A stretch of 64,000 nucleotides of DNA from Reclinomonas americana ATCC 50394. Taxonomy: Eukaryota. The first letter of the stretch is position 1. The number at the start of each line of letters is the position of its first letter. The stretch is taken from contig PS015010.1 of NCBI GenBank assembly GCA_048213135.1, positions 310,001 to 374,000 of the forward strand, given 5' to 3'. The position numbers and the translations under genes are program-made. Shown piece by piece: positions 29,215-39,074 of this stretch. The notes beneath the pieces are model-generated. The model had not been told where the DNA came from. It made no database searches and saw only the letters and a list, made by a program, of their open reading frames with translations.

Positions 29215-29409
29215 TTATTCCCTTCTTCTTTTTACAAAATAATCGTGGTAGGAAGCGGATAACTGTATGCCGAAGACGATGGCCGCGGCAAAGAGGGCGA
29301 TCGTGAGCATAACCATGGCAGCATCGCGGTACCCCATGATATAAAGAACGAGCCAGGCCAGTAACAGTACCGCAGTAATTAACCTGCCGATCGTTTTAAC
29401 GCTTCCCAT
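29215..29409 (-). CDS. Small 2-TM hypothetical protein
   Basis: Two hydrophobic helices and a basic C-terminus; AT-rich leader. Confidence 0.6.
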   Translation of the reverse strand: MGSVKTIGRLITAVLLLAWLVLYIMGYRDAAMVMLTIALFAAAIVFGIQLSASYHDYFVKRRRE

Positions 29410-29482
29410 ATGTATGATTTATTAACGGAAGATAAGTAAATATGCTGACCACTGACAACCGGAAGAGGGTGAGGTCGTGTTA

Positions 29483-29613
29483 CAGTTTCGTTTTGGGTCA
29501 TTCCGACGTGAGAACCTGTTCCGATGAGAAACGATATGGGGAAGGAATCTCTTTTCTGTGGTGAAAGATATCTAGTTACCTCGGTATAACACAAAGGAAC
29601 AAGATTCAAACTG
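29483..29613. repeat. Palindromic extragenic repeat copy 1 (GTCATTCC..AATCT..AGAT..CTCGGTAT.AC)
   Basis: 29546-29613 is 58/68 identical to 38054-38121 in direct orientation. Confidence 0.8.
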
Positions 29614-29704
29614 ATGCACTGCCAGAAAGTAATGAGCGTCCCAAAAGAAATGGTAGAGGTTTCGTCCAGGAACCCGGCCGGTGGTGTGCGCCAGCAACCG
29701 TCTC

Positions 29705-32700
29705 TTACCGTTTCATTTTTTTTACTTTGTCAACAAAGGCATTGAACAGGGTGTCGATGCTGCCGGCGTCAAATTTATTCCTGTTCAGTGTATACACTTC
29801 TTTGCCTTCGGGTATGGCCAGCGATTGGGCAGCGTTGGCGGAGAAGGGACCAACCATGGCGGTAAAGACTTCAGTACTTCTTTTAAACTGGCAGGTTACT
29901 TTATAAATATAGAAACGGCACAGCTCGCCATTGATGAATACATCTTTGATGGCGGCGATGTCGTAATATTTAGGAACCGATTCCGTGATCTCGTCTGATG
30001 TAAACACAGATACATACGCGTCGGCAAAGGAGCGTTGCGTGGCAAACTCACCCTTAAAAGCGGACTGCCGGCCATTGCGTGCGAGCTCATTGTACAATAT
30101 CACCCGTTGTTCCGGCACACGGGCGAATTCGTCGTACACCGAAGTGGCTACAGGAATATTATTCTTTACCATGGCATCTATGATCACAGGCGTAAGGGCG
30201 TTGTTCTGGAAAGCGAGGTAATCGTTCAGTAATTCCCTGGCCTGTTTTTTATCATTCCTGGCCAGCAGCCTGATGATGTCTTCAATATGCGGAAAAATAA
30301 AACTGGTGCTGCTTTGCTGGTACTGGCGCAGTGCTTTTTTGGCGAGTTTTACTACATCTTCTTCACTGCTCTTAATGCTGGTGTATGCTATGGCGTTACT
30401 GTCAATGAGCACATTGGCCAGGCTGGCGATAAAAGGTGCCATCTTTTCATCGGACAGGCGGGAAGCCAGTGAAGGAAAGAGGGTAGCCGCTTTCCGGGGC
30501 GAGCGTACCGCATAGGACAATACCTTTTCATAATCACCAGAAGCGGGCGGATCGTTGATCAGCAGCTGTTGCAGCAGTTCGTAAGCAGCCGTGGTATTGG
30601 CAGCGGCTAGCATGTTCAATAATTCCATTCTTAACGCTTCCCGTTTGCCTGCCTGTGCGGTATAATGGTTTTTTATAAAGCCGGTCACTTCATCATTCAT
30701 ACGCGAAGCAATGGTGAGGGTAAGAAGACCGGGAACAGGACTGGGATTATTTTTAACAGCAGGATAATCGTACAGCAAAGCGTCCAGCAACAGGGGCAGG
30801 TCCTGTGGTGGGAAACTGAAACCTGAAGAAAGCGTGGCTGCGGCCCGGGTACGCGTATTTTCATCGGCCGATTGCAGGTCCTTTACAAGAATGGCCGTTT
30901 TGGACTGGAAAGCATCGGTGCGGTATTGCTCTGTATTAAAACGGAAGCTGTTGAAAAAATCATTGGCCCTCTCATCTGTTACCATCTCCTTCGCGCCGGA
31001 AAGATTGAGGATAAACGCGGAATCGGCATAATGCAGGATACGGATACGGGTATATGCATTCCTGCGGACATCTTTCAATAACAGTTCCCTTCCTTCCAGG
31101 TTACCATTCTGTACCGTCTTTTTGTACAACAGGGAATCAGGATAAAGGAGGTTGTTAACAGCATTGGAGTCGTTGAAATAGGTCAGTGATTGTGCATCAA
31201 GCAAAGCTTTTTCATCTTTAGCCCAAAAATATTTTCCCAGAGAAATGGCGGTAACACCGTAGGTCATTGTTCTTGAACTGTCAAATGTATAATAGTCTGT
31301 CCTCAGGCCTTTGGTATCGTTCTTGCCCGGCAGTATATAAACCGGGGAAGGTGCATTGGCGCTGAAAAGCCCGGAGCCGCCGTACTGCTGTGTAAAGGGC
31401 GTTTCTTCGTAAGGAAGAAAATGAAAAGAGTTGATGAACTGGTCGAACTGCTGTTCATTCTCAGGCATAGCAAGTCCGCGGGCGGTAAGATTATACAACC
31501 GGTTGCCACGCAGCGCCAGCACACAATAAATGACCTGGTTTTTTCCGTCGCCTGTTTCGCCCCTGATCTTTGTTTTAAGCGCGGGCAAGCCGTCCAGCAG
31601 CACGGTTTCCTGCAGGAACGCCGTCTGTGAAAAATCTTTCTTCATTTCCACGATCGTCTGGTCAAATACGGAACTGTCGAGCCCGGCAAAATAACCGCGG
31701 AAGGGTTCTTTCAGCATCACCAGGTAATTGATCTTCTTGCGTACATCGAGACTGCTGAACAGGGTAATGTCTTCGTTGGTAACCGTGGCATCACCTTTTA
31801 TGAATTCCTTTTTGGGCAGTGAAGGAAGAGAGATGCTGAATGCTTTATCTGCCGAAGTGTAGCTCAGCGTGGCAGAGCCCGAAGTTTTTTTATCGGGGAA
31901 CATGGTATAGCTGTCAAGGTAAGCGGTACAGCGGCTGCTTTTCAGACTGTCCCTGCTTTTTGAACCAACGGCAAACATATAGGTTTTACCCTTGTTCCAG
32001 AAAATATGCATTTTAAAATAGCCGAGTGTATTCTTAAAGATCATCTCATAGCCATCGATGCCCTGTCTTTTTATTTTTTCATTATCGTATAACCGGATGT
32101 CGTAATAGGAAAAAAATGCTTTCATTTCCTTTACTTCATTGTCGATGTTGTTGTCGATATTGCCATCTTCGTACAGTCCGTGCATGAGCATGATCTCGTT
32201 GGCCAGCTCTTTGTAAGTTTTTACCACCAGTTTTTTGGTAATACTTGTTAAAGCTGTTGGCTTACCAGGCATGTGCACCACATAATTGGAGTCGGGGTCG
32301 CTAATGCTCAGCATTACGGTATTGGTATTGCTGATCCGGATATCGCCGGGTTCTATTTTTTTAGAAGAAAATACAGGAGTAACAGTAAAACCTCTTTTTC
32401 GCAGCAGGTCTATAACACCGGAATCGCCGGGCAGGTGTGCGGCGCCTACGGCACAGAAGGTACTCCTGATGTGCATGAGGCTGTCGATCCTGCGGGACAT
32501 TTTATTGTTCCGGTTATACAGGAAGAGGGTCATATGTCTTGCCGAGCTACCCTGTTTGCTGAATTCGTGTATATTATCGAGATTGGCTTTTACATAATTG
32601 TCGACCATCCATTCTTCCAGGTCGGCATATTTTTTTCGTTGTGTTTTGAGGAAGTCATCAGGATCGAAACTATTACCCAGTTCATCCACAATGGAAGTAT

Positions 32701-33232
32701 GGTCGGTAATGTCCTCTATACCTGCCACCACCTTATTTTGTTTTTTGGCCATGTCGAACAGGTAAAGGTCCAGGAGGGTATTCATCTGGTTTTTTTCGCG
32801 GCGCCTGTATACTTTTTCCAGACGGGCAATTTCTCTTGGTGAAAGGTCTTTGTACCTCTCCCTGATCCGGATAAAAATTGAATCCAGTCTTTTCCGCTGT
32901 TCGCTGTAATAACCCGCAGGCCGTTTGACGATATTGTTCTCTATATTTTCCTTGTAGCTGATGTTCAGACCTTCTGTTTCCATATTGCTGATGAGGGTAT
33001 CCACATAGTCGCCGGGATCGATCTCCATGGCATAGCCCTGGCAGGCGCTGAGTGAACTGTAAACGGAGTCACCCAAAAAATAGATTCGCTTATCGCCGGA
33101 GTGCATGGTGCCGTACAGGTAAGAGTCCGGCAGGCCTTTTCCTGATATGCGCCACAACAAGGTTTGGGGCGTTTGTGCCTTTAAGGTACAGGCATACATC
33201 AGCAGGAAACTGAAAATTATCCGTGGTATCAT
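29705..33232 (-). CDS. Large secreted TraB/GumN (Tiki-like metalloprotease) protein with long C-terminal extension
   Basis: LLWRISG..SYLYGTMH, RNNKM and AVGAAHLPG motifs; likely ATG at 33232 followed by a signal peptide. Confidence 0.85.
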   Translation of the reverse strand: MIPRIIFSFLLMYACTLKAQTPQTLLWRISGKGLPDSYLYGTMHSGDKRIYFLGDSVYSSLSACQGYAMEIDPGDYVDTLISNMETEGLNISYKENIENNIVKRPAGYYSEQRKRLDSIFIRIRERYKDLSPREIARLEKVYRRREKNQMNTLLDLYLFDMAKKQNKVVAGIEDITDHTSIVDELGNSFDPDDFLKTQRKKYADLEEWMVDNYVKANLDNIHEFSKQGSSARHMTLFLYNRNNKMSRRIDSLMHIRSTFCAVGAAHLPGDSGVIDLLRKRGFTVTPVFSSKKIEPGDIRISNTNTVMLSISDPDSNYVVHMPGKPTALTSITKKLVVKTYKELANEIMLMHGLYEDGNIDNNIDNEVKEMKAFFSYYDIRLYDNEKIKRQGIDGYEMIFKNTLGYFKMHIFWNKGKTYMFAVGSKSRDSLKSSRCTAYLDSYTMFPDKKTSGSATLSYTSADKAFSISLPSLPKKEFIKGDATVTNEDITLFSSLDVRKKINYLVMLKEPFRGYFAGLDSSVFDQTIVEMKKDFSQTAFLQETVLLDGLPALKTKIRGETGDGKNQVIYCVLALRGNRLYNLTARGLAMPENEQQFDQFINSFHFLPYEETPFTQQYGGSGLFSANAPSPVYILPGKNDTKGLRTDYYTFDSSRTMTYGVTAISLGKYFWAKDEKALLDAQSLTYFNDSNAVNNLLYPDSLLYKKTVQNGNLEGRELLLKDVRRNAYTRIRILHYADSAFILNLSGAKEMVTDERANDFFNSFRFNTEQYRTDAFQSKTAILVKDLQSADENTRTRAAATLSSGFSFPPQDLPLLLDALLYDYPAVKNNPSPVPGLLTLTIASRMNDEVTGFIKNHYTAQAGKREALRMELLNMLAAANTTAAYELLQQLLINDPPASGDYEKVLSYAVRSPRKAATLFPSLASRLSDEKMAPFIASLANVLIDSNAIAYTSIKSSEEDVVKLAKKALRQYQQSSTSFIFPHIEDIIRLLARNDKKQARELLNDYLAFQNNALTPVIIDAMVKNNIPVATSVYDEFARVPEQRVILYNELARNGRQSAFKGEFATQRSFADAYVSVFTSDEITESVPKYYDIAAIKDVFINGELCRFYIYKVTCQFKRSTEVFTAMVGPFSANAAQSLAIPEGKEVYTLNRNKFDAGSIDTLFNAFVDKVKKMKR

Positions 33233-33352
33233 TCCGGGTAATGGTTTTATGGTAAAGGGTGACAGGTTAAAACTAATATAAATTAGGAATATGCAAATGA
33301 GAAAACAGCATGTCTTTTGACGGTATATACTACCTTCCGGGAAAATATCAAC

Positions 33353-34195
33353 TTGCGTCAATCTTTCTTTTTCCTCTTTTTATCACTCATATGTTTAAGC
33401 GCCTGTGTAACGGTAACAGCGCAATACCGAAAACTGTCATTACCGGAAGTCTCGCCTGATGCAGACAAAAAAATCACCGCTGTCAAAGCCATCACGACAG
33501 ATGCTTTTCAGCAGGGTGTATTCCGTGGAAATACTTCTTTTTTAGTTCCTTACCGGTTGCTGTCGCCTTTACCGGTAAAGGATAAACGCTATCCGCTGGT
33601 GATCGTATTTCACGGATCCGGGGCTGTTGGATCGGATAATACAAAACAGCTGGGCTTCCTGGCCAGAAGCTGGGCTGATGCTGACATGCGGCAACGTTTC
33701 CCGGCATTTGTACTGGTACCGCAATTTCCATCCCGGTCATCGAATTACGATATGGATCCCGGAAGGCAGGTGCTTACATCAAAAGTACAACCGCCGGTGT
33801 ATACTGTTTTAGCACTGATCGATTCATTGAAGTCTGTGTTGCCTGTTGATACCAGCCGCATTTACCTGCAGGGCTTTTCTATGGGCGCTTCCACGGTGTT
33901 GAACGCGATGAGTTTAAGGCCCGGGTTTTTCGCGGCAGGCGTTGCCTTCTCAGGCATTGCCGATTTGAAGGCACAGGAAATTTTGAAACATACGCCATTA
34001 TGGATCATTCATGGCAACGCGGATACGGAAAACACTTTTGCCAGTGATTCTTTGTTTTACCGGGAGATGAAAGCAAACGGAGCGAAGCACATCCGGCTTT
34101 GGGAGATCGATGGCATGGCGCATGAACTGCCGCTGGAGATGATCAGCAATGGAACGTTTGCCGCCTGGCTTTTCAGTAAAAAAAGAAAACACTAA
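33353..34195 (+). CDS. Secreted alpha/beta hydrolase (phospholipase/esterase/peptidase-like)
   Basis: PLVIVFHGSG, GFSMG nucleophile elbow, HGNAD and a C-terminal His; start uncertain (TTG 33353 proposed). Confidence 0.85.
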   Translation: MRQSFFFLFLSLICLSACVTVTAQYRKLSLPEVSPDADKKITAVKAITTDAFQQGVFRGNTSFLVPYRLLSPLPVKDKRYPLVIVFHGSGAVGSDNTKQLGFLARSWADADMRQRFPAFVLVPQFPSRSSNYDMDPGRQVLTSKVQPPVYTVLALIDSLKSVLPVDTSRIYLQGFSMGASTVLNAMSLRPGFFAAGVAFSGIADLKAQEILKHTPLWIIHGNADTENTFASDSLFYREMKANGAKHIRLWEIDGMAHELPLEMISNGTFAAWLFSKKRKH

Positions 34196-35418
34196 CTATT
34201 GCGTTCAAGTTTCGCAGCAATGATGTCTTTGTCTGCTTTTGTTCCCGCCAGTAACAGGGCCTGCTGATAATTTTCTTTCGACTTTGATTTGTCAAAATCG
34301 CTATACAATTCGCCGAGCAGGCAATAGTAGAAAGGATTACCGGTTAGTTGCAATTTTTCCGCTTCGGATATGGCCGCAGCTTTGCCGTTGACCTTTGATA
34401 ACGCGAAGGTCCTGTTCAGTGCCGCAACAGGTGAGTATTCCATTGCCAGCAACAGATTGTATAAATGAAGGATATTTTCCCATTTTTCCGGGCTGTCTTT
34501 TTTAATGGTATGCCAGTAAGCGATGCCTGCCTCCAGGTGGTATTTGCTGAACCGGTTGCCGGTTGCCGATGCATGAAAATACCGGGCGCCTTCAGCGATC
34601 AGTTCATTGTTCCATAACTTTTCGTCCTGGTCATCATAAAGTACAATTGCACCGGCAGCACTTTTCCTGGCATCCAGGCGGGAAGCGTGAAAACACATGA
34701 GGGCCAATAGTGCATTCACTTCGGGGATGTTGGTAACAGGGTTGGTAGTAAGCAGGCTGGTCAGCCGTATGGCATCGGTACAAAGATCGCTGCGGATGAG
34801 CTGATCATTGTTTTCTGAATAATATCCTTCGCTGAAGAGCAGGTATAAAGTAGTGAGTACAGTTTGCAGCCGTTCGGGAAGTTCGTTTAACGGAGGCATA
34901 ACGATCAGCACTTTTTCTGTTCTTAGTTTTTCCTTTGCCCTGTACAGGCGTTTGCTGATGGTATCCTTACCGGTAAGAAAAGCGGATGCTATCTCATCGG
35001 TACCCAGCCCGCACAGTATGCGCAGGGATAAGGCTACCTGGGCTTCAGCGGGCAGGGAAGGGTGGCATATGGCAAAGAGCATCTGTAACTGGCTGTCGGA
35101 GATATGGGTATCGGAAAGATCGATCATTAGAGTGTCTGCTGGTATTTCCTTAGTAAAATGTGGTGCTATCTTTTCGCGGAACGCCAGGTTACGTTTCAGG
35201 TAATTGCGGGTCTTGTTCTGTGCAACGGTATAGAGCCAGGCAACAGGATTAGCGGGGATACCTTTGTAGGGCCATATTTCCAATGCCGCTAAAAAAGTAT
35301 CTCCCGCTATATCTTCGGCCGCTTCCATATGGCCGATACCAAATTGTTTGCAAAGTACGGCAGCGATTTTGCCAAACTCTTTCCTGAACAAATGGGGTAT
35401 CAGTTCCTGTTGTTCCAT
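34192..35418 (-). CDS. ECF sigma factor with C-terminal TPR-like extension (ECF42-type)
   Basis: AED..F, CHP.L, LYLLFSEGY, QD..LW and VAALNR motifs; lies directly downstream of a YciI/DGPF gene. Confidence 0.88.
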   Translation of the reverse strand: MEQQELIPHLFRKEFGKIAAVLCKQFGIGHMEAAEDIAGDTFLAALEIWPYKGIPANPVAWLYTVAQNKTRNYLKRNLAFREKIAPHFTKEIPADTLMIDLSDTHISDSQLQMLFAICHPSLPAEAQVALSLRILCGLGTDEIASAFLTGKDTISKRLYRAKEKLRTEKVLIVMPPLNELPERLQTVLTTLYLLFSEGYYSENNDQLIRSDLCTDAIRLTSLLTTNPVTNIPEVNALLALMCFHASRLDARKSAAGAIVLYDDQDEKLWNNELIAEGARYFHASATGNRFSKYHLEAGIAYWHTIKKDSPEKWENILHLYNLLLAMEYSPVAALNRTFALSKVNGKAAAISEAEKLQLTGNPFYYCLLGELYSDFDKSKSKENYQQALLLAGTKADKDIIAAKLERNS

Positions 35419-35426
35419 GGCTATGG

Positions 35427-35780
35427 TTAATGCGTTCCATCATTTTTGGCAATCCGCCGCACTTCCACAGTATTGCCTTCTCCCTGCAATACGGGGCAGC
35501 CTTTGGCGAATGCGACGGCCTCTTCTACTGTATCTGCCTTTACCACGATAAACCCGCCGATGGTTTCCTTAATGTCGCCGAAAGGCCCGTTGGTGACCAT
35601 ACCGCCGTGTTTCACTACTCTGGCATTGTCGAAGGGGAGGCCGGTGCCGGAAACGAATTTGTTTTGTGCCGCAATGCCCCTGATCCAGTCCATGGTCTGT
35701 TTCATCCATTCCTGTATTTGTTCGGGTGACGCTACTTCTTTGCCGTCGTTATGACGCATGATCAATGCATACTCTTCCAT
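35427..35780 (-). CDS. YciI/DGPF-family protein
   Basis: TNGPFGDIKETIGGF, A..CP and VEVR motifs. Confidence 0.9.
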   Translation of the reverse strand: MEEYALIMRHNDGKEVASPEQIQEWMKQTMDWIRGIAAQNKFVSGTGLPFDNARVVKHGGMVTNGPFGDIKETIGGFIVVKADTVEEAVAFAKGCPVLQGEGNTVEVRRIAKNDGTH

Positions 35781-35860
35781 TGTTTGATTTTTTAGTGTTA
35801 ATAATGCCTGCTGACAACATTATAACAAATGGGATGCCCCGGATTGGACAATCACCGGGA

Positions 35861-36496
35861 TTATTTTTTCCGGGCAATAAGAATAAGGTTCGCGGAGCCG
35901 GAACCATCGGCTTTGGGAAATACTTTCCTGGACACCTGCACCACTTCACAGCCGTTATCTTCCATGGCTTTGCATAAATAATCTTCCTGGTGATAATAGA
36001 TGAACATGGTATGTTCGCCGTTGCTGCTGGTCTCGAATTTTGAACTTTCGTAAAGGCCTTCAATGGCACTGATATAAAATATACCACCGGGGTGGAGCAG
36101 TGAGCAGCCATCGGCCACCAGTTTCAGGGCGTCCTCTTTGGCGAGGTAGGGGAGACAGAAGCCGCAGATGACACCATTGTATTTTGAGGAAAGTGTACCG
36201 ATATCCCGGCAGTCCATCACATGGCAATAAGCGGAAGGAACATTCTGCTGCGCCAGCTCTACCATAGCGGGCGCCACATCTGTCGCCTCGATAACGGCAC
36301 CCGGCTTTTTCCTGTGCATGTACCGGGTGATGTTGCCGGGGCCGCAGCCGATCTCGAAAATGGTGGGATGATCCTGTGTCAGCAGGTCACAGAAAAGATC
36401 ATAGGTATCGTTATACAGATCAACGTCCATGAATTTTTCCTCGTAAAGAGAAGCGAGTTTATTCCAGGTTTGAATGGTATGAGGGTAGTGATCCAT
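35861..36496 (-). CDS. Class I SAM-dependent methyltransferase
   Basis: EIGCGPG motif I. Confidence 0.92.
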   Translation of the reverse strand: MDHYPHTIQTWNKLASLYEEKFMDVDLYNDTYDLFCDLLTQDHPTIFEIGCGPGNITRYMHRKKPGAVIEATDVAPAMVELAQQNVPSAYCHVMDCRDIGTLSSKYNGVICGFCLPYLAKEDALKLVADGCSLLHPGGIFYISAIEGLYESSKFETSSNGEHTMFIYYHQEDYLCKAMEDNGCEVVQVSRKVFPKADGSGSANLILIARKK

Positions 36497-36512
36497 TGAT
36501 TACAAGATTATT

Positions 36513-36962
36513 TTATTTGCCCGGGTTGCTTTTCAGTATGCAATCGAGGATAATGACATTGGTCATAAGGCCATCGCACCTGCCGGTAAAAGTGACTTTC
36601 ATTCCTTTATTGAGTTGCATCACCTGTTCTTCGTCATTGACATAACATTGCACCGCCCTGAATTTTTCACTGCCTTCCAGTACCACGAAAACGCCATCGC
36701 CCAGGCTTTGTTTGATATCCAGTATAATGCCGGTTACTTCCACCATCTTGTCGCGGTAATCCCTGTCTGCACGCACCTCGTTGGCGATATAAGCTGATGT
36801 CAGTTCAAGTGCAGTGATGGGTATCGGAGGAGCGGTAACGGTCAGACTGTCTTTTACCGGTGCTGGCGGAGCCGTGGCCATATTGTTGCTGTAATTCTTA
36901 GGTTTATCTGGTGCGCAACCGGTAACTGAACAAAACAGCAGTAATGAAAAAAATGTTCGCAT
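36513..36962 (-). CDS. OB-fold lipoprotein (tRNA_anti-like)
   Basis: Lipobox VTGC; AY.ANEV.AD..Y..K.VEVTG motif. Confidence 0.8.
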   Translation of the reverse strand: MRTFFSLLLFCSVTGCAPDKPKNYSNNMATAPPAPVKDSLTVTAPPIPITALELTSAYIANEVRADRDYRDKMVEVTGIILDIKQSLGDGVFVVLEGSEKFRAVQCYVNDEEQVMQLNKGMKVTFTGRCDGLMTNVIILDCILKSNPGK

Positions 36963-37043
36963 AAGACAATTATGATGGTATAAATATACCCGGATTCTTT
37001 GTGATAGCAGTTACTGACCTGTTAAAGATCGTATGGTTTTGAT

Positions 37044-37955
37044 TTACCTGTACAGTTCTCCGTTAAGGTACTTCAATCCCGAATCAATGATCACGGTTAC
37101 GATCTTTTTCCCCGGGCCAAGCACTCCTGCTCTTTGTATGGCCGCCCATACATTGGCGCCGGATGTGGTGCCGCCAAAGATACCTTCCAGCCGGGCGAGT
37201 GCTCTTGCGGTAGCGTAAGCGTCTTCATCTGATACCGCGATGATCTCATCAGCCAGGTCGAGACGGCAGATAGAAGGTACAAAACCCGAACCGATGCCTT
37301 CCAGCCGGTGCGTACCTGAGGTATCACCTCCCGAAAGTCCGCGTACATGCAGGGGTTCAATGGGAATGCAGCGGATGCCGGGCACTTCCGCCTTCAGTAT
37401 TTCGGCATTGCCGGAGAAACAACCGCCGGTACCTACGCCGGTGATGAATTCGTCGATGCCGGTTCCCAATACATCCATGATCTCCCGGGCCATTTGATGA
37501 TAAGCGTTGCGGTTGTCGGTATTGTTGAACTGGTCGGTCCAGAAGGTATTGGGTGCCTGGTTCAGTTTTTTTGCCCTGGCGATCATTTGCTGGAAAAGCG
37601 GCGCGGTGATCTTCCCGTTTTCGCTGGGTATTAATTCCAGTTCGGCGCCAAAGGCCCGCATGGTTTTTAGTTTCTCTTCTGAAAAAGCATCGGAAGAAAC
37701 AAAATGTGCTTTATATCCTCTTGTGGCGCATACCATTGCCAGCGAGCTTCCTGTACTGCCGCCGGTATATTCTACTACCGTTCCGCCGGGCTTCAGTTGT
37801 CCTCTTTTTTCAGCGCCTTCGATCATCGACAATGCCATGCGGTCTTTCATACTGCCGGTAGGATTACTGCCTTCGTATTTTACGTAGATGTCGGCACAAC
37901 CGGGCTCGCAAAGGCGTTCCAGCTTCAGTAACGGCGTATTTCCTATCTGCGGCAT
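37044..37955 (-). CDS. PLP-dependent cysteine synthase-family protein
   Basis: IGNTPL, NPTGSMKDR (PLP Lys), GVGTGG and DSGLKY motifs. Confidence 0.92.
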   Translation of the reverse strand: MPQIGNTPLLKLERLCEPGCADIYVKYEGSNPTGSMKDRMALSMIEGAEKRGQLKPGGTVVEYTGGSTGSSLAMVCATRGYKAHFVSSDAFSEEKLKTMRAFGAELELIPSENGKITAPLFQQMIARAKKLNQAPNTFWTDQFNNTDNRNAYHQMAREIMDVLGTGIDEFITGVGTGGCFSGNAEILKAEVPGIRCIPIEPLHVRGLSGGDTSGTHRLEGIGSGFVPSICRLDLADEIIAVSDEDAYATARALARLEGIFGGTTSGANVWAAIQRAGVLGPGKKIVTVIIDSGLKYLNGELYR

Positions 37956-38019
37956 AAGTTATCGGCGTATTTAAAATTAGAAAAAACGATTGATAATTGG
38001 CAATTGAATGGTAGCGTAC

Positions 38020-38121
38020 CAGTTTCATTTTTTTTCATTCCAACGAGGGGCGTAATCTCTTTCCTGTGGTGAAAGATACTTCGTTACCTCGGTATGACAC
38101 AAGGGAATAGGATTCGAACCG
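38020..38121. repeat. Palindromic extragenic repeat copy 2
   Basis: Matches 29483-29613, lacking ~29 nt present in copy 1. Confidence 0.8.
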
Positions 38122-38174
38122 GACACCACTAATTGAATAGTTGAACACCAGGAATAGTCATTCGTAATTCATAA

Positions 38175-38936
38175 TTAAAACTCATATTCAATTCCTGTAC
38201 TAAACGTATAATTCACAGAAGGGATGCCCGGTACCGGTTTGCTGTCGTTCAGATAATTCCAGTTGATGGCAATGGACAGGTGTTTACCGGCTTTGGCTTT
38301 GAGGCTGGCCTGGTTGAGGATGCGGAAATCGTTCCAGTCATTGATACGGGGCTGGAAGAAAGTGGTGCTTACCAGCTCCAGGTAAGGGTTGGGCGTAAGG
38401 GAGAAAGACAGGTAGCTGCTGCTGCGTACATCCCGGTGCGACAGTTTCGGTTGAATGGTCTCTTTCTCATATTCATACATCAGCAACGAGGCGGCGTACA
38501 CCCGGATGATCTTGTTGGACAGTATCTTAAATCTTGGCCCCGTGCCCAGCAGGAAGCGGGAACTGATATACGTAATGGTATTGCGCTGCAATTGCGTGAA
38601 AGCTTCCCAGCGAATGATCTTGTTGATCTTGTAATTGTACCGCAGGTGCAGGAAGGAATTGTCTATAAGCGTATTGCCCGCGCCTTTCAGGAAACCATAG
38701 TTGCCGAGTATGAGGTAGAGACTGCGTTTGGATTTATACTGCAGGTGCACATTGGCATCGGCTACTACCACTTTATTTACGTTCTTGACCAGGCTCACCG
38801 ATGCGCCGGCGGTACCCATCCAGCCGGTGGTGTCGGATTGCATACGGGCCTTCTCAATATTAACAAGCTGGGCGAATATCCTGTGGGCAGGCATACCGCA
38901 TACCAGCAAAAGAAAAACAAGCAGTGGTTTAGGCAT
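38175..38936 (-). CDS. Outer-membrane beta-barrel protein (DUF481-like)
   Basis: Signal peptide, alternating beta strands, HLRYNY and terminal YEF. Confidence 0.8.
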   Translation of the reverse strand: MPKPLLVFLLLVCGMPAHRIFAQLVNIEKARMQSDTTGWMGTAGASVSLVKNVNKVVVADANVHLQYKSKRSLYLILGNYGFLKGAGNTLIDNSFLHLRYNYKINKIIRWEAFTQLQRNTITYISSRFLLGTGPRFKILSNKIIRVYAASLLMYEYEKETIQPKLSHRDVRSSSYLSFSLTPNPYLELVSTTFFQPRINDWNDFRILNQASLKAKAGKHLSIAINWNYLNDSKPVPGIPSVNYTFSTGIEYEF

Positions 38937-39074
38937 AAAACATATAAGTTTCCTGGCTGATATATAAATGTACAAAATGAAAAGGTGCCGGATTGAATTT
39001 TGGCCTGTTTTTCAGTCATAATCAATAACTTTAGCCATAAGATTGCCTGCTTTCATTCTTTAATCTGTTTTATT

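Noticed and set aside
33233-33361. Apparent head-to-head overlap of the TraB/GumN and hydrolase ORFs
   Set aside because: It disappears when the downstream starts that give signal peptides (33232 and about 33353) are used.
38110-38120. GGTTCGAATCC on the minus strand, resembling a tRNA T-loop
   Set aside because: Only 2 bp of T-stem can form and there is no acceptor or anticodon arm; it lies within a dispersed repeat.
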